DNA of 49,494 nt from a virus (IMGVR_UViG_3300019476_000014:1-49494), one strand, 5' to 3'; positions 24,155 to 32,619 are shown, numbered from the stretch's first letter. The notes: generated by a model not told the origin, from the letters alone. A program made the numbers and translations.

Positions 24155-24376
24155 ATGACACACCTGGTCAACCTCACCGACGAGTACACCCGCGTCCCCA
24201 CCCTCACCCGCATCGCAGGCGACTACGACCGCTACAAGGAATGGTTCGCCCTCGTACCCGGCTTCAACGCCTACGACGCAGCCAAGTGGGCACAGCGCGT
24301 CATGCGCGGCCTGAACGGCGACCGACAGGCACTGAGCCAGCTCGAAGACGCAGGGTTCGCCCTCACCGTCTACTGA
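24155..24376 (+). CDS. Hypothetical protein (73 aa), first gene of the rightward arm
   Basis: RBS cgaaaggcccaaccATG. Confidence 0.6.
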   Translation: MTHLVNLTDEYTRVPTLTRIAGDYDRYKEWFALVPGFNAYDAAKWAQRVMRGLNGDRQALSQLEDAGFALTVY

Positions 24377-24442
24377 CCACCAACCAACGCCCGGCCCTGA
24401 TCACAACCACACGCGGGGCCGGGCACCCCAAGGAAACCAACA

Positions 24443-24907
24443 ATGAACATCACCGCCCTAGCAGCCACCGCCCTACTCGCCACAGCACCCGTCAGTGTCA
24501 CCGCCACCGAAACCAACAACGACGGACTCACAGTAGAATACGTCCCCCTTGACCAAGTGCCCGACTGGTATACGACAGTCCCCTACATGCACACCGGGGT
24601 ATGCATGATCACTGAGCAAGACATCACCTGTGCCACCGACACGCAGTGGAAACGCGCCACCTTCCACGACAGGTACACACAAGCACTATACAAGCTCATC
24701 CGAAAGGAACCGACAATGAACCAGCTGACCACAATCACCGACGTGTACGACGAAATCAAGACCACCCTTGGCGAGTTCGTGGGTGACTTCAACATTGAAG
24801 GCATCGCCAACGACGGCTACATCTTCAACCCCGCAACCCAGACATTCGAACCCTCCCCCGAGGTCCCGTTCTGGGCAGCTGTCGAAGCCAACGCACGCCA
24901 CAACTAG
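24443..24907 (+). CDS. Hypothetical protein (154 aa) with a signal-peptide-like N-terminus
   Basis: MNITALAATALLATAPVSVTA... ; RBS ccaaggaaaccaacaATG. Confidence 0.6.
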   Translation: MNITALAATALLATAPVSVTATETNNDGLTVEYVPLDQVPDWYTTVPYMHTGVCMITEQDITCATDTQWKRATFHDRYTQALYKLIRKEPTMNQLTTITDVYDEIKTTLGEFVGDFNIEGIANDGYIFNPATQTFEPSPEVPFWAAVEANARHN

Positions 24908-24919
24908 CCCAACAAGACA

Positions 24920-24967
24920 TCCCCGCATCAATGGCGACAAAGCCGGGTTCAATCCCCGGGCGGGGAA
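24920..24967 (+). ncRNA. tRNA-like minihelix TL2 (48 nt)
   Basis: TCCCCGC-atcaatggcgacaaag-CCGGG/TTCAATC/CCCGG-GCGGGGA-a. 7/7 acceptor pairs and a canonical GG-TTCAATC-CC T-arm. Starts 13 nt after a stop codon. Confidence 0.5.
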
Positions 24968-25020
24968 CGAAGCACCCTCAACAGGTGAGGGCGCTCAACC
25001 CAATACCGAAAGGCAGAACC

Positions 25021-25269
25021 ATGTCGAAGACCTACAAGACCGATCCCTGGGACGTGAAGGAAGCACGCGGTGTCGCGTGGCACCCCCGGGAGTTCCGCAG
25101 GGAGCGCTCTCTGCACACCCGGGACCTGAGCAAGCGTATTCGCGCGAGGGAGCGCCGGGAGATGGAGCGGATTACCCACGACCTTGAAGCTTGGGAGTCC
25201 TACTACCCGACCGGGGCAACCCTCCGTGAGTTCGAGACCGCTACGAACAAGGATGGGTGGCAGTACTGA
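25021..25269 (+). CDS. Hypothetical basic protein (82 aa)
   Basis: RBS cgaaaggcagaaccATG. The longer track ORF would run through TL2. Confidence 0.55.
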   Translation: MSKTYKTDPWDVKEARGVAWHPREFRRERSLHTRDLSKRIRARERREMERITHDLEAWESYYPTGATLREFETATNKDGWQY

Positions 25270-25589
25270 TGACAACCATCAAGGCAACACTCCAGAACCT
25301 GCGGAACAACGGTTGGGGCTACTACCCCTGCCTTGTCGGTGGAAAGCTTCACATCAACCGGGACGAGAACTTGTACATGCTCGTGCGCAATGACACCCAC
25401 GAGATTGTGTGCCAGTGGAATAAGCACACGGGCGTCGTGTGGGTTCTCGGGGAACTCGCTTGGCATGAGAAGAGCGTCATTAACCAGATCATTGAGGTAT
25501 GGCGGCCCTGGTACAAGGTTGACTGGGAGACCTGGGAGGCCACTCACCGCAAGGCGTACAAGACCCTACTCCCCTTGAAGAGTCTGTGA
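25269..25589 (+). CDS. Hypothetical protein (106 aa), paralog of 25596..25925
   Basis: The ATG overlaps the upstream stop (TGATG). Shared ...VC.W......G........L...EK.......W......KW..WEA pattern. Confidence 0.6.
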   Translation: MTTIKATLQNLRNNGWGYYPCLVGGKLHINRDENLYMLVRNDTHEIVCQWNKHTGVVWVLGELAWHEKSVINQIIEVWRPWYKVDWETWEATHRKAYKTLLPLKSL

Positions 25590-25595
25590 GCTGAC

Positions 25596-25925
25596 ATGAC
25601 GATTCGGGACACCCTACAAAGCGCTTACCCTGACTCCCAGTTCATGGGGACGCGTCGCCTCGGATCCAAGTACACGCTGTGTCGTGGGATGAATGGGTTT
25701 TTTATTCAGAACCGGCTCACCGGCACAGTCGTGTGCACTTGGGATGCGGACGGCAACCTGTACGCTAATTCCTCGGGGCTGTCGCCATACGAAAAACGGC
25801 TTGTCAGCATGGTCTTGCGGATATGGCGAGATGCACCACCCATCAAGTGGGACATATGGGAAGCACACGCTGTCCGCATGGACGACAGGTGGGGGCGTGA
25901 GTATGGCCTCGTAAGCACACCCTGA
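25596..25925 (+). CDS. Hypothetical protein (109 aa), paralog of 25269..25589
   Basis: Alignment by eye with the preceding gene. Confidence 0.6.
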   Translation: MTIRDTLQSAYPDSQFMGTRRLGSKYTLCRGMNGFFIQNRLTGTVVCTWDADGNLYANSSGLSPYEKRLVSMVLRIWRDAPPIKWDIWEAHAVRMDDRWGREYGLVSTP

Positions 25926-25933
25926 GAAGGGTA

Positions 25934-25982
25934 TCCCGGCCCTGTCGGTAGGTAAATGTGGGTTCGACTCCCACGCCGGGAA
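25934..25982 (+). ncRNA. tRNA-like minihelix TL3 (49 nt)
   Basis: TCCCGGC-cct/gtcggt/agg-taaat-GTGGG/TTCGACT/CCCAC-GCCGGGA-a. 7/7 acceptor pairs; starts 9 nt after a stop codon. Confidence 0.5.
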
Positions 25983-26018
25983 CAACAATCAGTGCCAACA
26001 GAAAGGAACCCACCCTCG

Positions 26019-26330
26019 ATGAACGACTACCTGAAGACAATCATCAAAGCCCAGTCCCTCGTCAAGCAGCTTCTGAACGACACCACATTCGGCAAGTTCA
26101 CACTCGGGGACATTACGATTAGCAAGCCAGAAGACCTACACAAAAACTTCCAAATTGGTACCCTCATTACGATCGGTGTTTCGGAGTGGTTCCTTACCCT
26201 TGCTGATTCTGAGTCCGTTTGGCAGAACTATTATCAGGGTGTCGTCTTGGACAGTGAGGGCCTGTACATTCTTATACTGAAGGCCCTTGAGGAAGATATG
26301 GCCGTAGAGCTTCTACACAAGGGAGCGTGA
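26019..26330 (+). CDS. Hypothetical protein (103 aa)
   Basis: RBS gaaaggaacccaccctcgATG. The longer track ORF would overlap TL3. Confidence 0.55.
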   Translation: MNDYLKTIIKAQSLVKQLLNDTTFGKFTLGDITISKPEDLHKNFQIGTLITIGVSEWFLTLADSESVWQNYYQGVVLDSEGLYILILKALEEDMAVELLHKGA

Positions 26331-26331
26331 C

Positions 26332-26646
26332 ATGACATCTCTGGATGCCTACAACCGCAAGATTGACAATCTTCGAGAGACTGCCCGGTTCCTTAAGGAT
26401 GCCGACAAGGTGAGACTCAAGAGACCTCAAGGGGATTTCATCCCAATCCGAAAACCATCAGACCTACTTCTGATGCCGGGGACTGTCATAGCCTGTTACT
26501 CCTTGGCAAGGGTGTTCATGCTTCGTGAAGATGGTCTTTGGTATAGTGACTGTGTTCACAGACGTAACGGTGGCGTCTACACATGTGATGAGCTGTTTAC
26601 ATACCTGAAAGGCTCATCGCACCCCTTTGAGATTATCTACAAATAA
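26332..26646 (+). CDS. Hypothetical protein (104 aa), weakly similar to 26019..26330
   Basis: TGAcATG junction with the upstream gene; shared KP.DL....GT.I motif. Confidence 0.55.
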   Translation: MTSLDAYNRKIDNLRETARFLKDADKVRLKRPQGDFIPIRKPSDLLLMPGTVIACYSLARVFMLREDGLWYSDCVHRRNGGVYTCDELFTYLKGSSHPFEIIYK

Positions 26647-26651
26647 TCTCA

Positions 26652-26701
26652 TCCCTGTCCTCGTTTGGGAGGCTCGCTAGGTTCGATCCCTAGGCAGGGA
26701 G
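26652..26701 (+). ncRNA. tRNA-like minihelix TL4 (50 nt)
   Basis: TCCCTGT-cctc/gtttgg/gagg-ctcg-CTAGG/TTCGATC/CCTAG-GCAGGGA-g. Six Watson-Crick pairs plus one G-U in the acceptor stem; starts 6 nt after a stop codon. Confidence 0.5.
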
Positions 26702-26738
26702 CGACAGAAAAAACAAACAAGACCGAAAGGTAAAAATC

Positions 26739-27191
26739 ATGCTGTCACGCAAATGCGCAGAATGGATCATTGGACCCGAACTGACACCCGAACTCGCAGC
26801 CACCATTATGGATGGTGGGCTGCAAGGTAGCGACATCTGGGATGACGTGTGCACGTTCGCAGGTGGCTGGTGCAATGACACCAATGTTTTCCTTATGTGG
26901 GACGCTATGGGGCGTCCCGACGAAAGCGAGTACTTGGAACCCGAGTACGATATGGAACGGGACCCTGAGCGTCGCCGTGCCATTGTCGCTAACGCCCGCA
27001 TCTCAGCTATGGCACAGCTCATCGCAGACGATTTGATCAGCGTCGTGGAAGAGATCCTGGTTCGTGATGGCTGGGCCATTCGCCCCGCGTCTGAGGTGGA
27101 AGCTGAAACTGTCGGCTGGGTTGAGGATGGGTGCGACGCCCTTGGCTTCGCAGGTGAAGGCTACCTGTTCGCTCCTGAAAGTGAGAACTGA
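26739..27191 (+). CDS. Acidic hypothetical protein (150 aa)
   Basis: RBS gaccgaaaggtaaaaatcATG. Confidence 0.6.
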   Translation: MLSRKCAEWIIGPELTPELAATIMDGGLQGSDIWDDVCTFAGGWCNDTNVFLMWDAMGRPDESEYLEPEYDMERDPERRRAIVANARISAMAQLIADDLISVVEEILVRDGWAIRPASEVEAETVGWVEDGCDALGFAGEGYLFAPESEN

Positions 27192-27192
27192 G

Positions 27193-27357
27193 ATGGTTAT
27201 CCTTGGACTTATTCTTAGCATCTTCGTAGCTGTGTTGGGGGCCTTTCTACTAGTAACAGCTAAGGATGACGCTCTTGGTAGTATCTCAGGAACGGTTTTC
27301 GCAATTCTCGGCTCCATGTGGGCTGGGTTCTACTATGCAATGCTGATGGGCTGGTGA
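27193..27357 (+). CDS. Small membrane protein (54 aa, 2 TM)
   Basis: MVILGLILSIFVAVLGAFLLV...GTVFAILGSMWAGFYYAMLMGW. The ATG lies 1 nt after the upstream stop. Confidence 0.55.
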   Translation: MVILGLILSIFVAVLGAFLLVTAKDDALGSISGTVFAILGSMWAGFYYAMLMGW

Positions 27358-27361
27358 CAAC

Positions 27362-27754
27362 ATGTGGGAAGAATTGATTGGAGAGATTACTAAGCAGGAT
27401 GAGTTCCGTTCCTACCTCGACAAGTTGCAATTGTCTGTTGCAGGGTATGTCAAGGATGATGTGGGCTGGGACCTGACAGCTATCAACCCGTGGTTTGTTG
27501 AACGAGGGTACGAGTTCGTCGGCTACTTGGACCTGTTCAGTGAAAACGAGCCATCTGGCATCTTCGTCGCTGTCGAAGGTCTCGTATGGCGGTGCAACAC
27601 CAACACAGGCGACAACCAACAGTACTGGTATTTCGAGACCGAGGCGAGCGAAGGTGTGAGCCTTGATGACATGTGTTTCCTACATGGCTGGGCACACCAG
27701 TTCATCTGGGATTCAGATGATAAAGAATGCTACATCGTGAACATTGCGGAATGA
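27362..27754 (+). CDS. Hypothetical protein (130 aa)
   Basis: ORF-track ORF in the co-oriented gene series. Confidence 0.55.
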   Translation: MWEELIGEITKQDEFRSYLDKLQLSVAGYVKDDVGWDLTAINPWFVERGYEFVGYLDLFSENEPSGIFVAVEGLVWRCNTNTGDNQQYWYFETEASEGVSLDDMCFLHGWAHQFIWDSDDKECYIVNIAE

Positions 27755-27762
27755 AAGGAACA

Positions 27763-28077
27763 ATGATGTACGGAAAGATTGACCCTAAACTGCTTGTCGA
27801 TTGGGAGCTGCGAAAGTCGTATAGCTCTGAAGAGCTTGGGATTGAACCAGACTTATGGGATTACGTCAAGAAAGATGGTTCCCTCATGACTCTCGAAAGC
27901 CTTGAGGATGCTTGCACGTGCGTGTTCGACAAAGCGAATAAGTCTAGTCTCATCTTTGGGAAGGTCTACACTGCGAGTCAGGTTGCACGCGAAGTCGCGT
28001 GGGACGATTGGAACGACTACGTGAAGGATACACTGTCAACTATGTGTGTCGAAGGCATTATCCGTCGGATTAACTGA
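27763..28077 (+). CDS. Hypothetical protein (104 aa)
   Basis: RBS gaaaggaacaATGATG. An alternative start at 27751 overlaps the upstream stop. Confidence 0.5.
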   Translation: MMYGKIDPKLLVDWELRKSYSSEELGIEPDLWDYVKKDGSLMTLESLEDACTCVFDKANKSSLIFGKVYTASQVAREVAWDDWNDYVKDTLSTMCVEGIIRRIN

Positions 28078-28202
28078 AAGGAAATCAGGCAAATGAAACA
28101 GCTTGATATTAGCAATGAAACACTCAGAGAACTTGCATGCATTGAATAGATGAACAAAAACAACCCTAGTACTCTGAGGTAAGACAACAGAAGGAGAAAA
28201 CA

Positions 28203-28538
28203 ATGAACACTGAAGCACTCGTTACACGTATCTGCAAGCTCAATACTGAGATTGCTGAGCTGACAGAGGCCCGTGACAACCTGAAGCGGGAGCTGTGCGC
28301 AGCCTTCCAACCCGGCGACAAGATCACAGTAGGCGACACGTCCGTGTCGTTCATGGTGCGACGCACAGTTAACCCAGCGGCTGTTGAGAAGATGGCAGCT
28401 TTCAAGAAGCTGCCCAAGGCAGTGCGAGAGGCTTGCTACGACAAGCCGAAGTTGAACACGCGTAAGCTTGCAAGTCTGGGTCTGATTGACCTGGAACCTG
28501 CCACCAATGTGTCGGAGGTCTACGCGACGTTCCGATGA
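28203..28538 (+). CDS. Hypothetical protein with an N-terminal coiled coil (111 aa)
   Basis: RBS gaaggagaaaacaATG. Confidence 0.6.
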   Translation: MNTEALVTRICKLNTEIAELTEARDNLKRELCAAFQPGDKITVGDTSVSFMVRRTVNPAAVEKMAAFKKLPKAVREACYDKPKLNTRKLASLGLIDLEPATNVSEVYATFR

Positions 28539-28762
28539 GGTGGAAGACATACGGCACGGGCGTGGGTTACACCCTTGAACAGGTGCAAGCCGCTGCCAGT
28601 GCCCTGGAAGACAGTGAGCTTGTCGAATATTCAACTCAGTGGCTTGAATCTGTTCGACAGATGAGAGCGGCTGAAATCATTCACAAAACCCTGGGAACAG
28701 GTGCAGAGATTGAATTGCCTAACGGCATAGTTGTCTATATTGAGGAGAAGACGCAATGCTAA
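28535..28762 (+). CDS. Hypothetical protein (75 aa)
   Basis: ATGA overlap with the upstream gene. Confidence 0.55.
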   Translation: MRWKTYGTGVGYTLEQVQAAASALEDSELVEYSTQWLESVRQMRAAEIIHKTLGTGAEIELPNGIVVYIEEKTQC

Positions 28763-29145
28763 ATGATTGGGTGGAAGGGTCTACTGTTAAGCTGGAAGAG
28801 TTTAAGGAAGACATCTTCTACGAGCTGTACCATGATGGTGAGTTCAAACCTGACACTGACTGGGAGACCCTGCACGATGACTGGATTCGTGGCCTCGGCT
28901 TCACTCAGTGGTGGAATGAGGCTCTTTCTTCCATCGGTTACGAAGAGTGGGGCGGACAGGATGGACGATTCTTGTGGGTGAAGGATTGGGCAACCCTCGT
29001 TGTCATCCCCGGCGTGTACGAACTACCTACGTTCGACATCAAGGCAACATTCAATGAGGATAGCCTTGAAGACACTAATTACACAGAAGGTGTCGTCAAG
29101 GATCACATCTTCTATGCAGAAATTATTGCAACAGAAAGGAACTGA
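28756..29145 (+). CDS. Hypothetical protein (129 aa)
   Basis: RBS gaggagaagacgcaATG. Confidence 0.55.
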   Translation: MLNDWVEGSTVKLEEFKEDIFYELYHDGEFKPDTDWETLHDDWIRGLGFTQWWNEALSSIGYEEWGGQDGRFLWVKDWATLVVIPGVYELPTFDIKATFNEDSLEDTNYTEGVVKDHIFYAEIIATERN

Positions 29146-29146
29146 C

Positions 29147-29485
29147 ATGTCTCTAGAAGAAATCACTACAAAGTACCAGCAGGTTTGTGTCAAGGCTGTC
29201 GAAGCTGCTATCCGACAGGCGGCTGCAAAGCATGACATTAACGAGCTTGTTGACCAGGAATTCTACGTAGCAACCTACCTGTATGGTGGAACTGACCTGA
29301 CCATTTGTGCTGAGGTTGGGCGTGACGGGTATTGGGGTGTTGAACGCCCTGAGACGGATGTGTCGGCAATCAATGATGACTTACAGCTTGCCTTGGATAA
29401 GCTCGGACTAGATGTCATCCTTAATGCCATGCTCACACGGGGTATGGAATCCACTGGACAGGTTGTTTTCTGGGAGATTGCATGA
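29147..29485 (+). CDS. Hypothetical protein (112 aa)
   Basis: TGAcATG junction; start MSLEEITT. Confidence 0.55.
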   Translation: MSLEEITTKYQQVCVKAVEAAIRQAAAKHDINELVDQEFYVATYLYGGTDLTICAEVGRDGYWGVERPETDVSAINDDLQLALDKLGLDVILNAMLTRGMESTGQVVFWEIA

Positions 29486-30897
29486 CATTCACCCCCCGTT
29501 CCTACCAGTCCCGAGTATTGGAAGAGCTAGCAAACTCTAAGACGCCTTTCACGGGGCTGGTAGGCGCGGGCCTCGGAACAGGCAAGACCGCTGTGTCGGT
29601 GTGGAACACCATGAACGCATTCGGGGATACAATCAAGGATCAAATCATCCTCGTGGTTGCACCTGTCCGCACTGAATCAGGATGGCGCAAGCACTGGAAA
29701 ATGCTCGCAGGTCTCGACATGGTCACCCTGTCTGGGAAGAAAACTAAGGCTGCCCTGCAAGTATGGGACAACCTTGAAGCCCACAAACCTGGTGTCTACT
29801 TTATTACCTGGGAGCTGATGCGCTCACGCAATAAGGAAAAGCGCTGGGACGGCAAGGCTAAGAAGATGGTCTACAAAGCCATGAGCAAGCCATTCTACGG
29901 TGTCGAGTTCGCCATGCTCATTGCCGACGAATGGCACCGCGCGTGCAACCATTCTTCCCTGAACTTCGCTGTCGCACGAAACATTCAAGCCAAATACCGG
30001 CTCGCCTTGAGTGCGACACCGGCAGGGAATAAGCCCTGCAACATCTGGGCGGCCCTCAAGTTCCTGTGGCCTAACCACTATGGCGGCTACTGGGACTTCT
30101 GTGCCAAGTTTTTCACGGAAGAGTTCAATGCCTTTAGCTCTTTCGGGAAGACTTATACAAGCGAGAAGCATCCGGGCATGGTGCGCCGTGGTGCGCCATC
30201 GTACCATGAGGTGTCTCAGGCTGAGGCAAACCCGGAGCTACCCGGCGTGATTATTCACCATGTCGAAGCGGAATTGTCTCGCACGCAACGCAAGCTGTAC
30301 AACGACCTGGAAAAAGACGCACTCACGTACTTGAATGACAAGCCACTGGCCTTGTCTATTCCAATGGAACTAGACCTACGGCTTCGACAGATGACACTGG
30401 GAGTGCCATCGTTTAACGAGGATGGGGCTGTCGATTACCATGAGGATTGTAAGTCCTCGAAGCTAGACGCAATGATGGACATCATTGCTGATCTTCCCGA
30501 GGACGAACCTGTCGTTGTGTGGGTACACTCCCAGAAGTTCATCAAGGCAGTGTTGCACCGTTTGCGTAAAGCCAGTATCTCATGCATTGAGGTGTCTGGT
30601 AAGTCCCGTGGTGACTTCCACGCCATGATTGACGGGACAGTCCGTGTCATTGTCGCTCAGCATGAGGCTATGAGTGAGGGAGTTGATGGACTCCAGGAAG
30701 TCTGTCATACTGAGATTTGGCTGAGTCAGTCTAACAGCCTGGTGATTAACGAACAGGCAACAGGCCGACTCAACCGACAGGGGCAGACACAGCCTGTTAA
30801 CCGTTTCCTGATTCAGGCGACTGATACTGTAGACAACCGTGTTCTGGGACGCTTGCAGGAGCGTTTCGACAAGCTCAAGGCATCTGGCCTTATCTGA
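29482..30897 (+). CDS. SNF2/RAD54-family DNA helicase
   Basis: GLGTGKT Walker A, LIADEWHRACN (DExH box) and C-terminal helicase motifs (QATGRLNRQGQ). Confidence 0.8.
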   Translation: MTFTPRSYQSRVLEELANSKTPFTGLVGAGLGTGKTAVSVWNTMNAFGDTIKDQIILVVAPVRTESGWRKHWKMLAGLDMVTLSGKKTKAALQVWDNLEAHKPGVYFITWELMRSRNKEKRWDGKAKKMVYKAMSKPFYGVEFAMLIADEWHRACNHSSLNFAVARNIQAKYRLALSATPAGNKPCNIWAALKFLWPNHYGGYWDFCAKFFTEEFNAFSSFGKTYTSEKHPGMVRRGAPSYHEVSQAEANPELPGVIIHHVEAELSRTQRKLYNDLEKDALTYLNDKPLALSIPMELDLRLRQMTLGVPSFNEDGAVDYHEDCKSSKLDAMMDIIADLPEDEPVVVWVHSQKFIKAVLHRLRKASISCIEVSGKSRGDFHAMIDGTVRVIVAQHEAMSEGVDGLQEVCHTEIWLSQSNSLVINEQATGRLNRQGQTQPVNRFLIQATDTVDNRVLGRLQERFDKLKASGLI

Positions 30898-30929
30898 AAA
30901 ACAAACCAACAAACTGAAGGAGAACAAAC

Positions 30930-31139
30930 ATGTCTGATAACAACAAGTCCTGGACCATTAACTTTGGCCCTTTCTTTATTCTCTGCGTTGCATTTACAAT
31001 TGCGGCAGTCTGGTTCCCTAACTACATCATGTGGGTTGTGTGGGCCTTCGTAGGCTATGCCGCTGTGGTTGGAGTGATTACGATCATTGCCATTATTGTG
31101 GCAGCTGTTATGGTCTACAAGGCGAGTAAGAGGTTCTGA
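30930..31139 (+). CDS. Small membrane protein (69 aa, 2 TM)
   Basis: RBS ctgaaggagaacaaacATG; two long hydrophobic stretches. Confidence 0.6.
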   Translation: MSDNNKSWTINFGPFFILCVAFTIAAVWFPNYIMWVVWAFVGYAAVVGVITIIAIIVAAVMVYKASKRF

Positions 31140-31142
31140 GCC

Positions 31143-31544
31143 ATGCAGATTATAGAGTGCAATCACAAAACGGTCGCTAAGCTTCTGAAGAAGAATGTGG
31201 AAAAGTTCTGGCTAGACAACAACAACAGGGATGCATATATCCAGTTCACTGATGGCAGTGTCGTCTGCGTTCATGCACTTGATTACAAGTGGGAGACCTA
31301 TGTGGCATTGGATGGTCGGAAAGAAACTGAAGCTGCTAACAATGGGACCTCATTCAACGACAGCCAGGAGGTTCACCTGTGGTATACCACACAGGGGGAT
31401 GAATCACTATTCACATCACGGACAGTGTCAATCTGCTTTGATGCTGTCAGGTACTACATTAGTGACAGAGTTCAGTACCCAACTCGACAGTATGTCCCGA
31501 TTGTTGAATTTCATTATTACGAAGCAGGTGAAACATGGGAGTAA
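31143..31544 (+). CDS. Hypothetical protein (133 aa)
   Basis: ORF-track ORF, tightly packed. Confidence 0.55.
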   Translation: MQIIECNHKTVAKLLKKNVEKFWLDNNNRDAYIQFTDGSVVCVHALDYKWETYVALDGRKETEAANNGTSFNDSQEVHLWYTTQGDESLFTSRTVSICFDAVRYYISDRVQYPTRQYVPIVEFHYYEAGETWE

Positions 31545-32215
31545 GCATCAAGGAAATCTATAGCCCCATCCTTGCCTACGGTTGGGAGGATTTGCCGTCT
31601 GACTACATCAAGCGGGAGTATCTTCCTGTCGAAGATGGCATTGTCACCACTCCGAGTGGGGCAAAACTTGGGACAGCTTTCCTCGTGAATGGTGACCTGC
31701 GATTGATCAACACCAGCGGCACTGTGTGCGCACAGTGGTGGGCGGGTGACAACGAGATGGTTGTCGTTGATCCTTTCAACAACCGGATCTTCACTGTGCC
31801 GACACTCACGGATCTGAAGTGCAACGCACGCGAGCTGGTGTCGAAGAGCATTGACCTCGACGCCGCAAAGCCTCTTGACCTGTCACTCATGTGGGTGGAT
31901 CATGACCGAAACGAGGTAGGTTTCTACAGGGACGACTTCCCTGGGGACCTTTGTCCCTACACGGCACGGCTGAGTGGGATGAGTCTGCTTGCGCTTAAGG
32001 AGGATGAAGACGGCAACATGGTCGTTTTGAAGACTTCTGCACTCGCAAGGCTCATGAGGTATTTGAGTGGCAACACTCTCGCATTCCTCGATTACAAGTG
32101 GTCACGAGTCCCGAAGATCATTGACCCTCGTCTGGGAGTCACCGACTTCGGATACAAGGTTCTCGGATGGGCAGCTACTATGTCACCGGAGCATAAGGAG
32201 ATTCTTTCCAAGTGA
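31535..32215 (+). CDS. Hypothetical protein (226 aa)
   Basis: ORF-track ORF, 10-nt overlap with the upstream gene. Confidence 0.55.
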   Translation: MGVSIKEIYSPILAYGWEDLPSDYIKREYLPVEDGIVTTPSGAKLGTAFLVNGDLRLINTSGTVCAQWWAGDNEMVVVDPFNNRIFTVPTLTDLKCNARELVSKSIDLDAAKPLDLSLMWVDHDRNEVGFYRDDFPGDLCPYTARLSGMSLLALKEDEDGNMVVLKTSALARLMRYLSGNTLAFLDYKWSRVPKIIDPRLGVTDFGYKVLGWAATMSPEHKEILSK

Positions 32216-32619
32216 GAGAGTACATTCAAGCAGCACGGGACGAGGCTAAGAAGTCCCGCTGCGACCGTGCGCATGTCGGGTGTGTGATCGTTGACCGTGC
32301 GAGCGGCCAGGTGGTGTCGAGTGCTTTTAACGAGACGCCACCTGGCCTTGAGCCGTGCGACACAGGCGGGCATAGAATGGTGGATGGCCACTGCGTCAAC
32401 ACTGTGCACGCGGAACGGGGTGCCATCCGGAAGATGGCAGAACATGGGAGTGAATACACTCTCTATGTGACTCACTATCCTTGTCGTGGGTGCGCGCACC
32501 TCATCTCATCCTGCCCTGAGATCATGGAGGTTGTGTACCTCGGAGACTATAACAACTCTAGTGAGGCTACTGCTCTCCTCATGGGCCTGTCGAAGGGAGT
32601 TCATCATGTCGAAGAATAA
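32212..32619 (+). CDS. dCMP (deoxycytidylate) deaminase
   Basis: HAERGAI ... PCRGCAHLI zinc-binding CDA motifs. The GTG start overlaps the upstream stop (GTGA). Confidence 0.8.
   Translation: MREYIQAARDEAKKSRCDRAHVGCVIVDRASGQVVSSAFNETPPGLEPCDTGGHRMVDGHCVNTVHAERGAIRKMAEHGSEYTLYVTHYPCRGCAHLISSCPEIMEVVYLGDYNNSSEATALLMGLSKGVHHVEE

Noticed and set aside
23150-24213. Track ORFs inside the non-coding hub (for example 23263-23580, 23496-23756, 23512-23748, 23773-23985, 23952-24161)
   Set aside because: They overlap each other on both strands and are generated by the repeat arrays (repetitive Arg/Cys/Thr/Val strings). None has an RBS.
24895-26701. Full-length tRNAs at the TL2, TL3 and TL4 loci
   Set aside because: A 72-90-nt tRNA would need its 5' acceptor strand inside the preceding CDS, and no complementary heptamer occurs there. 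The only complements lie 48-50 nt upstream of the 3' end, leaving no room for an anticodon arm.
23992-26701. The tRNA-like elements as attP cores (3' tRNA fragments used for integration)
   Set aside because: attP cores copy only the 3' part of a tRNA gene, whereas here both strands of the acceptor helix are present. There are four different elements, and no integrase gene is detectable.
28093-28149. An 18-codon ORF (MKQLDISNETLRELACIE) with an RBS in the 28078-28202 intergenic gap
   Set aside because: It is too short to support from sequence alone. It could be a leader peptide or chance, so it is noted only.
28017-28634. A 205-aa minus-strand ORF, plus 35385-36113 (242 aa) and other minus-strand ORFs inside the rightward arm
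   Set aside because: They are antisense to a tightly coupled plus-strand gene series with good RBSs. The sequences are Cys/Leu/Ser-rich with no motifs.
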